Source of the DNA: Octopus vulgaris
Taxonomy: Eukaryota
Direction: 5' to 3'
Assembly: GCA_951406725.2 (NCBI GenBank)
Contig: OX597828.1
Coordinates: forward strand, 13,702,001-13,766,000
DNA length: 64,000 bases
The notes under the pieces were generated by a model, which saw only the letters and a list, made by a program, of their open reading frames with translations, had not been told where the DNA came from and searched no databases. Made by a program: the position numbers and the translations under genes. How positions within the stretch are numbered: position 1 is the first letter of the stretch; every line of letters begins with the position of its first letter. Shown here in pieces: positions 13,938 to 25,939 of the stretch.

Positions 13938-14412
13938 TTATATAAAATCCGTTCTGTCTGAGTGTGTGTCTTCTAGGATCTCAGGCATCCTCCATCCGAT
14001 TGCACTCAAATTTGATATGTAGATATCATTGGTATCAGGGTGTGTATAAGTCTTGAAAATATTACGAAAATCGATTCCAGGTGAGAATGCAATCGATAAA
14101 GCTGTGGGAATGTGCACTTGTATGCACAAGTACATCAGCTGTTGTGATGTATTCCCAGTCAACAGCCTTATCATTACTGGTACTTTAAACTCTTCGGTTG
14201 CATATTTGTGTGAATAAAATCGTTTTTCTTTGGAATAGAAAAATAGTCTATCTTTACTTCTTCTTTTGCTGGTGTCTCAAATTTAGGTTAAATTGGTGTT
14301 TCTCAAAGGGGAGGCCTATGGGATGGTCAGACAAGTTGTTTTAAGAAAATTTGGTTTAAATGTTTGACAACTCAGTACCGTCCTTGGACGGTGGCAAGGG
14401 GCGTTTTGCTCG
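13938..14412 (+). mobile_element. Helentron/DINE-1-like non-autonomous element
   Basis: tattatataaaatc...ctgtctg start, ccgattgcactcaaatttg core, inserted in (TA)n; reverse copy at ~51364-51726. Confidence 0.65.
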
Positions 14413-15311
14413 TGTATATATATTTATTTATTTGTGTATGTGTTTGTTCCCCAACCATCGCTTGATAACTGATGCTGATATGGTTACGTCCCTGTAACTT
14501 AGTGGTTTGGCAAAAGAGACCGATAGAATAAGTAGTAGGCTTACAAAAGGACATGTCCTGGGATTGATTTCTTCAACTAAAACCCTTTAAAGTGGTACAC
14601 CAGCATGGCCACAGTCAAATGACTAAAACAAGTAAAAGAAAATACATTTACATAAGTGTATATATACATGTGTATATACACACACACATATATATATATA
14701 CATACACATATATATACACACATATATACACACACACATATACACACACACATACATATATACACACATACATATACACACACATATACATATACACACA
14801 CATATACATGCACACATACATGCACACATACACACATGCACACACATATGCACAAATGGACTTGTTGCTCCGTTTCTTCCTCAAGTGACCCCACCACCCA
14901 TCATCCTTCTAACAGTAGCTTTTCCTTGATACACCCAATCTTTCTCACTGGTTGGAACCTTTTGACTTGATATCCATTTTCCATCCTTATCTCATCTTTT
15001 CCACCCACATATTTACATTGATCATTTTTTCTGAGCCACCAGATTGATTCTCCTTCTCCACCACCACCACCACCACCACCACCACCACAACACATCTCTC
15101 AATCTCTACATGTACTACACCTACCCCTCTCTGCCTCTATACCCTGGTAACCTACTCAAACACATGACATGCCTTTCTTGCTCGCTTTCTCTCATCCTTG
15201 CCCTGTCCACTGTATCATAATAACTATTCTGCTGCTTTCTACCCCCATGCATCATTAGTCAGTTACCCCCACCCCTTATCCACTATTCTCTACATCTACT
15301 TGTTCTTCATG

Positions 15312-15789
15312 AGATGGCTTGGGCATGTTAGCCGTATGAAAGATGGCAGAATCCCCAAGGACATACTCTACGGAGAGCTTGCTAGGGGTACTAGGTCTGT
15401 GGGTAGACCGTTCTTACATTACAAGGATGTTTGCAAAAGGGACATGAAGGCCTGCAACATCAATATTAGCAGTTAGGAAGCAATTGCCAGCAACCGTGGA
15501 GATTGGTGACGTACCGTAAAAGAGGGAATACAAAGGAGTGACAGAGAGAGAGAGAGGAGAAATGGAAAGACAAGAAAAGACGTCAACAAGAAATGACATT
15601 ACAACCAGCCAGGAACAGTCTTCGCTACATTTGCGGCACCTGCCAGAGGGAGTGTTTGTCCAGGATAGGACTACACAGCCACAGCAGGAAATGTACCAGG
15701 ACATGAAATGTAAAAGCCGGACTAGACTATTTTATGTGCAACTCCATTGTCTCCCGAGACAAAAAGGATGCCAACAACAACAACCAACA
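15312..15789 (+). mobile_element. 5'-truncated RTE (BovB-like) LINE insertion with 14-bp TSD
   Basis: RWLGHVSRMKDGRIPKDILYGEL...GRP...KDVCKRDMK C-terminus, (CAA)n tail; TSD acttgttcttcatg at 15298-15311 and 15790-15803. Confidence 0.9.
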
Positions 15790-16317
15790 ACTTGTTCTTC
15801 ATGTTACTCATCTCCTTCTCCCACCTCCCACACATTCCTGCAACCTCTTTCTCCACCACAATCTTGGTACTTCTCTCCCCACTCACTTCTCACTTCATAC
15901 TTTAAGGGTCCACCCAAATACCTCATCACCACCTATTCTTTATCCCTTCCCAACTCCATCCTGCCAACCCCGCCCTCTCTTCTAGAATATGAGTAGCCAT
16001 CTAACTCCTCTATAACAAGAAATCAGTTTCAGTTTAGCCCTTCATCTCCCAGCATAAAAACCACTTCACTTATGGTTTGCCATCTAGCAAGCTGTATAGT
16101 GACCCGAGTAGTGTTAGTGGCACAAAAAAGAAAAAAAGCAGCCTGTACAAGGTGTGAAGTGGTTGGCATTAGGGAGGGTATCCAGCCATACATGCCATAC
16201 CAAAGTAGTGGAGCATAATGCAGTCCCTGAACTCATCAGATCCTATCAAACCATCCATCCCATGCCAGCATCAGAGATGGACAAAAGGATTATGACAGTA
16301 AATGTGTGCATAGGCAC

Positions 16318-16720
16318 AGGAGTGGCTGCGTGGTAAGTAGCTTGTTTACCAGCCACGTGGCACCTTGGGCAAGTGTTTTCTACTATATCCTCGGGCCGAC
16401 CAAAGCCTTGTGAGTGGATTTGGTAGACGGAAACTGAAAGAAGTCCGTCGTATCTCTCTCTCTCTCAATATATATATATATATATATATATGAATGTATA
16501 TGTTTGTGTGTCTGTGTTTGTCCCATCCAACATCGCTTGACAACTGATGCTGGTGTGTTTATGTCCCCGTCACTTAGCGGTTCAGCAAAAGAGACCGATA
16601 GAATAAGTACTGGGCTTACAAAGAATAAGTCCCGGGGTTGAGCTGCTCGATTAAAGGCGGTGCTCCAGCATGGCCGCAGTCAAATGACTGAAACAAGTAA
16701 AAGAGATAAAAGAGAAAAGA
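16318..16720 (+). mobile_element. Most abundant tRNA-derived SINE family (representative copy)
   Basis: AGGAGTGGCTG head, internal (TA)/(TG) microsatellite, 3' stem-loop CAGTCA-AA-TGACTG plus AAAAGAG tail. More than 12 copies, e.g. 2145-2485(-), 12553-12985(-), 40580-40990(+), 58555-58955(-), 63434-63896(+). Confidence 0.9.
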
Positions 16721-16920
16721 GATATCTAAATGCAATTTCAACACACACACACACACACAGTCCACTCCACTTCACTCTGTGGGTTGGTTGGTGTTAGGAA
16801 GGGCATCCAGTCATAAAAACCATGCCAGAACAGACACTGAAGCCAGGTGCAGTTTTCTTGCTTGCCAGCTTCTGTCACACTGTCCGACCCATGCCAGCAT
16901 GGAAAGCAGACATTAAAATA

Positions 16921-17330
16921 ATCCTCATAGCTGAACTCACAGTATTCTAGGACAGACTCAATATTTGCCACCAGGTAAAGAAAACCAAATGTCAGGAATT
17001 GGTCAACGAGGCCTTCGGCAACGGATGGCATGCAGCCTTATTCCCCATTAAAGTCAGCTGCTTTGACCTTCCAGCATTGGTGCGCTATTTCTCACTGGAT
17101 TGGTGCAATATTTCTTACAGAAGATAGATATGAAACTCAGAGAACGTAAGAAAGCCACTATGGAGATAGGAACAGCAGCTGAAACAAGCTATGGTTGATG
17201 AGAGACTGCAAGTGGAACCCTTCCGTCCTTGTTGTCTCACTCAGGTGAAGATTACTGGTTAAGGGGCGAAATGCTTGTGACTTTGAGATACCTGCTGATG
17301 ATACAGAAGAGTTTTCAGTATAACAAGGGA
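16921..17330 (+). mobile_element. Remnant C-terminus (restriction-like endonuclease) and 3' UTR of a Hero/NeSL-type non-LTR retrotransposon
   Basis: Hand translation ILIAELTVF*DRLNICHQVKKTKCQELVNEAFGNGWHAALFPIKVSC fits the ELTVPWE...K..KY.EL...GW....PIEVGC pattern. Confidence 0.7.
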
Positions 17331-18439
17331 TTTAGAAGAGCTTGGAAAATCTCTGAGTAGCTCCTGTGTTTTTGCATTGAGCAAAGCATCTTTGCTGTTT
17401 ATGTTTATATAAAGCCTTCGTCTTTTGTTTATTTCCGTAAACCTGCCTTCGTCTTTTGTCTATTTTCATAAAGCTTCCTGTTATATATATATATATATAT
17501 ATATATGACTGAGACCTTTGAAGCACCTTTTGAGCATTGGGCTCACTGAGGCAAAGTGGCTGAGCTCCTTTTGAGTGTTGGGCTTCTCGGAGGCAATGAC
17601 CGAGATCTTTGGCATTATGCCATGCGTGAGAAGAAGACCCATCAAACTGAGCAAAATCGCAGTCGTGGCAGATACCAGTGTCACGCAAATGGCATCCATG
17701 CCAGTGGCGTATAAAAGCACTTATTACACTCTCAGAGTGGTTGGTGTTAGGGAGGGCATCCTGATGTAGAAACCATACCAAATCAGACTGGAGTCTGGTG
17801 GAGCCTTATGGCTCGCCAGCCCCAGTCAAACTGTCCAACCCATGCCAACATGGACAACGAACATTTGATGATGATGATGATTGGACTGGCTCCTGTGCAG
17901 GTGGCACGTAAAAAGCACCATTTGGGCATGGCCGTTGCCAGTACCACCAAACTGGCCCTCATGCTGGTGGCACGTAAAAGCACCCACTACACTCTCGGAG
18001 TGGTTGGCGTTAGGAAGGGCATCCAACTGTAGAAACTCTGCCAGATCAGATTGGAGTCTGGTTCGCCAGACCTCAGTCAAATCGTCCAACCCATGCTAGC
18101 ATGGAAAGCGGACGTTAGATGATGATGATGATGATATATATGAAGTTTGCTGGACATGGTGGCTAAGCATCAGATGTGGTTTACTGGCCATGTGCTTTGA
18201 TTACCGCAGATATGTTATTGTGAAGGTGGAGTGGATGCCAGAAGGAAGACGAGGTCCTTGTCAAAGGATGGCATGCAGTACATTCCAGGATGACATGATA
18301 GGGATAGGAGTCAGCCCAAGGGAAGTCAGAAGGAAGGCAAGCAATTGAGATGTTTGGAGAAGGCTCACTGCTTGGCGTGCTGACAGTACTGTAGGATCTA
18401 AGACATGAACACAAATATATAAATCTATTAAACAAATAT

Positions 18440-18670
18440 GTTTCTTTACTACCTACAAGGGGCTAAACACAGAGAGGACAAACAAGGACAGACAAACGGA
18501 TTAAGTCGATTATATCAACTCCAGTGCGTAACTTGTACTTAATTTATAGATCCCAAAAGGATGAAAGGCAAAGTCGACCTCGGTGGAATTTGAACTCGGA
18601 ATGTAACGACAGGCGAAATACGGCTATGCATTTCGCCCGGCGTGCTAACGTTTCTGCCAGCTCACCGTCT
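18440..18670 (-). mobile_element. tRNA-derived SINE family with TTTCATCCTTTCGGGGTCGATAAA-type central domain (representative)
   Basis: Homologous copies at ~34235-34468(+), ~47760-47980(+), ~2860-3045(-). Confidence 0.8.
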
Positions 18671-19139
18671 TTTAAATCTATTTTAAACAAGTAGTAAAGG
18701 GAAAATCATTTACATTTCCATTTTAAAGTAACGGACATTGTAAGTGAACTCATTCTTTTACAACAAAAAGAGACTCGATCGTTTTTCAATTTATAGTTTG
18801 AATTATAGGGAAGCAAAAAGTCATGTGCCAAAATTGGGGAGTTAAAAACCCTTTACCTTGGAGTAAAGCTGTCGTTAATGTACTCCAAGGTTGATAAAGA
18901 GGACTTTTGGTATGTCATCCATGCCCCAAAACAAGAGATAGTTTAAGTCTTTTTTTCCATTTTTTGGGGAAGTAGGGGAAGGCGGAGTTTTATGCAGAAA
19001 AACGTATCTTAAATTTGTAGCTATATTGAAATAAATAAAGGAAGGTCGCTTTGCAATCACGTGGCTTTGGGGTTCTGGCCCACAGTGTGTCATCTAGAGT
19101 CTTCTGTTCTAGCTGGGTCCAATCAATAATGCCTTGCGG

Positions 19140-19809
19140 GTGAATTTGAGACGGAAACAATTATGGAAGCATGTCGCGCGCATGCGCACGTTTCTCCACA
19201 CCATCGCTCGACCAACTGGTGTTCGTTTGTTTACATCCGCGTACTAGAGGTTCGGCAAAAGATCGATTGAATAAGTACTAAACATTTTTTTTTTTAAAAA
19301 GTACTGGGGTCAATTTATTTGACTAAAACACTTTAATGTGGTGCCCAAGCACGACTGTAGTCCAATGACAGAAGCAAATAATAGATAAATAAAAACAAGT
19401 GGACGAGGCCTTTACGTAGACCCCTTCCTCACACCAAGCTCGGAAACTGCTAGAAATCGCTTCTAAATAACATACCGGTTAATGTTAAATACATTGGATA
19501 ATGAAGACCTAGATACACAGTGTCTGAAATAGATTTGATGGTCATGTTAAGAGCTTCTGTGATCAGTAGTCCGTTCCTACGGACTAAAACATCCACCATA
19601 GTCTCATACGACAAGAGGGAATTTTTTAAAATGACTGAAAAAACACGAATTTTCTTTTTCCGGAGTCTAATGTATCAAAAACTTCAAAGGAAGAAAACTC
19701 GAAAACGCTGTTTTTGAATTCAAAAACTGACAATAAGAAAATATTCCTTCTTCAACGTGTGTGTGTGTGTGTGTGAGTGTGTATATGTGTGTGTTTTTGT
19801 GTGTGTGTG

Positions 19810-19841
<32 letters not shown>

Positions 19842-21204
19842 AATTAAATGTATTTAGAAATTCAGGAAATTATTTTTACCATACAGGCCTCAGATCCGCT
19901 CTATGCTCAAATGTATTCCAACCGTGACTATCACTATCTTTAAGCGTATCTCGTCCTACTAATCCATTATCTGATCTGTTTCTGCATGGCTGGAACATAT
20001 TTTGATCTACTCGAGTTCAACTATGATCAATGACGTTCCAACCGTGACGATGCAGACGTAGGGGTGTGAATATAGGGGACGTTTGGCTGTGTATTTTTTA
20101 GCAGGTCATAGGGACCCATCGATTACTTTTCCATGTAGCTATTAGTTCGTTGAAGAGGGTTTGTAGGGCGGGTCATGTCGGTTACATTTGGGAACGATTT
20201 GAATCAAACAGGTGGGTGGCGGCGACGACGACCGTTAAAAGATAATATGACAATATTAAGAATGGCAAATTACATGTACACAAAACATATTAAATGGTCA
20301 TTTAGTCAGAGTTTTGCGTTACCGCTTCTCGCTACGACTGCTGTAGTAGTGTTAACAACGTCTTATATTGCGTATACTATTCTTCCTATTGTGTACACAC
20401 ACACACCTAAAACAACAGAACATATTTCACACAGTCGTTGATTCGAGTTTTGAGTGCGATATCATTTTTCGCTATATTTTACTGTTTATTATCAACTGCG
20501 TTACATATCGAGTACACATTATTCACATTTTTATATGTATACATGTGTGTTTCTTTCTGTGTATAAATATTTGAACTGTTTAAGTTACGTATCATACAAA
20601 TGTTTCGTCAATAAAAAGAGGGAGATTCCAAGCAGAAATAATATAGTTAGGGAAAGAGAGAGAGAGAGAGATAACAGAGGCGAGGGATTCCCAATACAGT
20701 TGGGGCGTGTATCAAATGGAATTTCATTGATTTCGTGTTTATTCCGCTCAATGTACTTGACGACGAACGACTGAAAAATTGAAAAGTCTTGTAATAAAAG
20801 AAATAAACAGATACGCAACACATATGGCCTTGAAGAGTCAAATATGTTTCTCAATATGGTTAGAATTCAGAGAAACATCGTCTGAAGAGAGAAAGAGAAA
20901 GCAAAGCAAAGTCAGTGTGAATGGTGCGTGGGAGAGAGAGAGACAGAGAATGTAAATGGTATTGTGTTTATCAATGGGTTTAAGTATAATAATAGTGCAA
21001 TACTACAACAGGCAGACAGGGGGAATGCTGAAAGACACAAGTGAAGTTTATTACGATATCGATTCGATATTGTGAACCAGAGCAATATAGCAGTGATAAT
21101 CGATACTACACAGGATATGTAGTGGTAAACATATTGATAATAATAAAAAGTGAAAGGGTGAATTTTCAACGTTATTTTTCTCTTTATGAATAACATCAAC
21201 ACCC

Positions 21205-21242
<38 letters not shown>

Positions 21243-21500
21243 TGTGTACATATACATCATTATACATATATATATATACACACATACATATATTCAAACA
21301 TATATACATATAAATACATACGTATATATACAAACACAGACATATATAGACATTATATACTTATTATATATTGATTATTCATTTTTATACTTTTTGAGAT
21401 CTAGTTATATGTTTTATAAAAATATATAATATTCGTTATTTATGTTTTGGCTTACGTCTCTCACTGTTTGAGTTGCATAACAGTGGTTTTACCTCTAATT

Positions 21501-21543
<43 letters not shown>

Positions 21544-21995
21544 TGTAAACACACACACACACAGATATGTGTGTGTGTGTGTGTGTATGAAGACGATCGT
21601 ATAGCATATACATACGCCGTCCTCTTTAAAACACAATCAATTGAAACGTACACACAGCACATGTTATGTCAAGCACAACGTCTTTCAAAAACCATACATT
21701 TCTCAAGATTATTAAGCGAAATATCAAATCTTACCAAATAAAAAAGAGGGAGAGAGAAATCAGTGTAATTAGCGTCCAATGAGTTGCATGTTAATTGTAA
21801 TATGAATTGGTAAGTTAAGTCGAACGTCAATGTTTTTCCTTTCAGTCGACTGCTATGTCAAAAAAAACAGCTGCCATTGACGTACGAGCGACGACGACGA
21901 CCACAACGACGACAATCAACATCCGGGCTCCGTGCCACGCTGGATATATCACAGCCGCCTCTTCGTACGCCCACCACAACCATCTTACTGACACG
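19140..21995. promoter_or_regulatory. CpG-enriched promoter-like region
   Basis: Visibly higher CpG density than flanks; CGCGCATGCGCA at 19177-19188, GGGCGGG at 20166-20172, TGACG half-sites near 21825 and 21878; little recent TE sequence in 20.1-21.9 kb. Confidence 0.45.
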
Positions 21996-21997
21996 AT

Positions 21998-22258
21998 GTA
22001 TATGGATATACAGCTATGTGTATGTATGAATATACACACACACATACATATGTTTGTATATATATATATATATATATATACATGCATGTGTATATATATG
22101 TATATACATATATATGTGTGTGTGTGTATATATACATACATACATGTGTATATATATATGTATATATACATCTGTGTATATATATGTATATATACATCTA
22201 TGTATATATATATATATATATATACGTGTATATATATATATATATATATATATACGTG

Positions 22259-22293
<35 letters not shown>

Positions 22294-22381
22294 TCATATA
22301 TATATAAATATATATATACATACATATATATGTGTATAGATATATACATGTGTGTATATATATATATTTATATATTTCTTC

Positions 22382-22427
<46 letters not shown>
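21998..22427. repeat. Long compound (TA)n/(TG)n/(CA)n microsatellite
   Basis: About 430 bp alternating purine-pyrimidine tract; similar tracts at 8.75-10.0 kb, 14.65-14.85 kb, 31.73-31.88 kb, 45.9-46.0 kb. Confidence 0.95.
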
Positions 22428-22430
<3 letters not shown>

Positions 22431-23259
22431 TTAGGGAATAAAATTCTATGATATGGTGTGATGTATATTAGGATTTGAAGAATTGTATGGGGACTTCTAT
22501 CTCTAAATGACATATATATATATATATATATACATATGCATATAGTAAATCCCAAAAATTAACAAACAACAACGTGAAGACGTGGTATATATAGCTCCTA
22601 CCTCTGTTGGTAACAAAGGACCACTCCCTCAGAGTGAAAGGCCCATTGTATGATGCCTGTGTGCAAATAGCCATGCTACATGGCTGTGAAACATTGGCTG
22701 TGACTGCTGCAGACATGCATAGGCTGGTAAGAAATGAAACCAGTATGCTTCGCTGGATTTGTAATGTCAGTGTGTATGCATGACAAAGTGTAAGCATTCT
22801 GAGAGAAATGTTTGGCATAAGAGGCATCAGATGCAGTGTGCAAGAGAGATGTCTGAGCTGGTATGGTCATGTGATGTGTATGGGCAAGGACAGCTGTGTG
22901 AAGATGTGTCGCACTCTAAAAGTGGAGGGAACCTGTGGAAGAAGTAGATCCAGGAAGACATGGGACGAGGTAATCAGAAACAAACCCAAGCGGTGAGGGC
23001 CTGAAGGGCACGTGCCTCTCTCAAGAAAAGATGTGCACCCTTCTAAATAATGTTATTATGCTTTTTTTTCTCCTCAAATTATATTCCCTTCTGACCTTGT
23101 GCCCTTACTTCGAAGAATTCCTGGGACTGTGGCTGGTAGTGAAGCATGATCTTTGAATTTTGTGCCTCACAAAGGCAATGACAAGTGACTGAGACCTTTG
23201 GAGATATGCTGTGCTTGAGATGACCTGTCAAGCCAAGTGAGATTGAAGTCATGGTCCGC

Positions 23260-23850
23260 CTTTGTAATTTGAGATGCATCTTCAATATCAAATGGACTGT
23301 TTGCATCAAGAACACTGAAGTCCTCAACTGCACCAAGATACCCAATATGCTCGACTTGCTCCAGCAGCATTGTCTGTACTGGTTCAGTCATGTACATCGC
23401 ATACTGGATGGGAGGATCCCAAAAGAGCTCCTGTATGGGGAATTGGTCATTGGCACAAGAGCACAAGGACGACCTCATCTTTGTTTCAAGGACTTCTGCA
23501 AGAGAAATATGAAGTCACTAGATCTGGACATCCTGAGATGGGAGGAAGTCGCAAATGATCGCCCACAAATATTGCAAAAGGGGATGAAGTGAGAGGAAGA
23601 GAAACAGGAACTTGCCACCAAAGTAAAGTACACTTGACAGAAGAAAAAACCAGTAGCACTGGCAGAGAGTTCCTTCAAATGCAATCGCTATATTCATAAC
23701 GGTGGGCCTCTACAGCACCAGCAGAGAGCTCCTTCAAATCTAGTCACTGTATCAATGACTGCTACTGCCATGTGGGCCTCTACAGCAGCTGACATGTTTT
23801 CTTCGGGTGCAGAGCCATGGCCTCTCAAGACCGAGGGATGCTTACTACTA
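23260..23850 (+). mobile_element. RTE-type LINE 3' fragment with (CTA)n tail
   Basis: WFSHVHRILDGRIPKELLYGEL...GRPHLCFKDFCKRNMK; tail gggatgc(tac)n. Confidence 0.85.
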
Positions 23851-25140
23851 CTACTACTAGTATTAACCAAATGTAAAACTGTCACTAATTGCTTCTACTC
23901 TTAAGTAATGATTGGGCAGAGGAGTTGTAGGTGTCATGTGCAGATAGGGTTTAATCTGTTCGCTTCACTTCAGGATCAAAATGAGACAAATGGGAATGGC
24001 TGTTTGGATGTCAACAATTTGGCACAGCTGCCTGGACTTTTAACCTGTTTCAGCACTAGAGGCAAATGCATACATACAAATGCACGTGCAGGAATATACA
24101 CATAGAGAGAGTGGGAGAAAAGGAAGACGTTACATAGACATACAAAACATAACTAGATGTTTATGGGCATAAATGAAGAGAGAGAGAGATTATACATACA
24201 TACATAACTACATGCTCAGAGAGAGGGGAAGAGAAAGACATACATATAATCATAACTACATGTTCACAGAGAGAGAGAGAGAGAGAGAAAGAGAAAGGCA
24301 TTATACATACATACAAACATAACTGCATGCTTACACACAAATACAGAAAAAGAATGGAGTGGGGTGAAAAATGAGGAAAACATTAAAATGTCTGATGTAA
24401 AATAATTAAATGTTGAATCAACAATACCAAATAGGCAGCATCATAATGTCTCTTACCTGCTGTAGACACCATCAGTGGTGGCTTCCAATATTTCTGTGAT
24501 CTCATCACCCTACCTCCATACAGTTAAGCTACATAACACCCTTGCTGTCAATTTTTCGTCAATTGTATTATTCAAATTTAAAACCTTGCAACACCCTAGT
24601 TGAACACCATTGATCTGGAGACATACAAACAAGTGAACAGAGGAGCCTCTACATCGTTGTTCAACTTGCTAGAAATAGCAACTGAATCTCCCTTATATCA
24701 TCCCCTATATTACTTGCAGTCAATCGGATCGACAGTGACTGTTCATGGCTTTGGTGCGATTTAATAAGCTTTCTCCATACTGATTGGTTTTTCGCTTGAG
24801 TTTGTCATTTATTATGATCAGTTCTTTTGTACTTCATATTCCTTTTTGTAGTATCTTTGAATCTCAGTCTAGGTAGGCCTGACCAACTTGAATTACATTG
24901 CAGGCTGCTTTAACCACAGAAAATTTTTTGAGGGCCACTTGTATACTGACAGAACTGAAAGCATTTTGTTTTCTCATGCTATTATTACAATAATGAATAA
25001 TTGTTGATTCAACATGAAATACTATTTTGCAAAAACAGTAGTATCTTTCTTTCATTTTCGGATTTGGTTTGCAAGATTCTTTATGTGAGTTCGTGTGTTG
25101 AAGCATATTCTGTTGTGTCTTTTTGCACCTTATAATGAAA

Positions 25141-25185
25141 CAACCTTTTCAATAGTCTTGACTCTCAAGACTATTGAAAAGGTTG
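25141..25185. repeat. Perfect inverted repeat, 21-bp arms, 3-nt loop
   Basis: caaccttttcaatagtcttga-ctc-tcaagactattgaaaaggttg. Confidence 0.95.
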
Positions 25186-25354
25186 CAAGACGCAATGAAA
25201 ATTTTAGGAAAATAAAAATAAGAAATAAGTGGAAATTTTACTGGTGAGTGTGTTACATTATAAGGCACAAAAAGAAAATGACTCTTCCCAGACACAACAG
25301 AGTATCTTTCTATTTTATTTTTCATTACAATCTTTCAAGAAAGTATCAAGCAGT

Positions 25355-25939
25355 CCACAAGAATTTGCAACACTGATCTGGAACCCCTATCTTGCCCAGG
25401 ATATTAATCGTCTGGAAACCGTTCAGCGACGTGCAACCAAGGGAATACCCTTCCATCGGGCATTTGCCATATTCTGAACGCCTTACTTCCCTGGGCATGG
25501 ATACATTGAAACTCCAACGTCTGGCAACTGACTTGGCAGACACCCATAAAATTATTAACCATCTTACCAACAATAACTCTGAGCACCTTTTCAAACTCCA
25601 CCTGTCTAACACCCGTGGACCTGTTTACAAAGTCAGAAAACAGCACAGCTCCCATGACTTTCGGAAACATTTTTTCACGCTAAGAGTTGCTGAAGCATGG
25701 AACAAACTGCCAGCATCAGTTGTTAGTTGTCAGAGCACTGCATCCTTCAAAACTTCCATGCTTCCTGAGATTCACCAACACTACACCTGATTTTTTCCCC
25801 TCCATACACACACAAGCATGTATCTGACTCATACACTGTTCACTTTCCAGACATTTGTACATTACTGCATATGCTTTATATGCACTTTTGACAAGTTGTG
25901 GTGCACCTGAGCACTGTATACAATAATTTCATTATTATT
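25355..25939 (+). mobile_element. CR1-type LINE 3' fragment
   Basis: WNPYLAQDINRLETVQRRATK / LPYSERL / NTRG / RKHFFTLRVAEAWNKLP motifs with a frameshift; (ATT)n tail; degraded copy at ~57345-57680. Confidence 0.9.

Noticed and set aside
17262-17305. GAAA...CTGATGA arrangement suggesting a type II hammerhead in the REL-element 3' UTR
   Set aside because: Stems II and III cannot be formed in this copy
21842-22434. Long ORFs rich in YI/HT/CV dipeptides (also at 8.6-10 kb, 14.6-14.9 kb, 31.6-32 kb, 63.5-63.7 kb)
   Set aside because: These are translations of (TA)n/(CA)n microsatellites lacking stops, not proteins
24453-24512. Strong minus-strand donor CAG|GTAAGA preceded by a short open frame (GDEITEILEATTDGVYS)
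   Set aside because: The acceptor lacks a pyrimidine tract and there is no homology or partner exon
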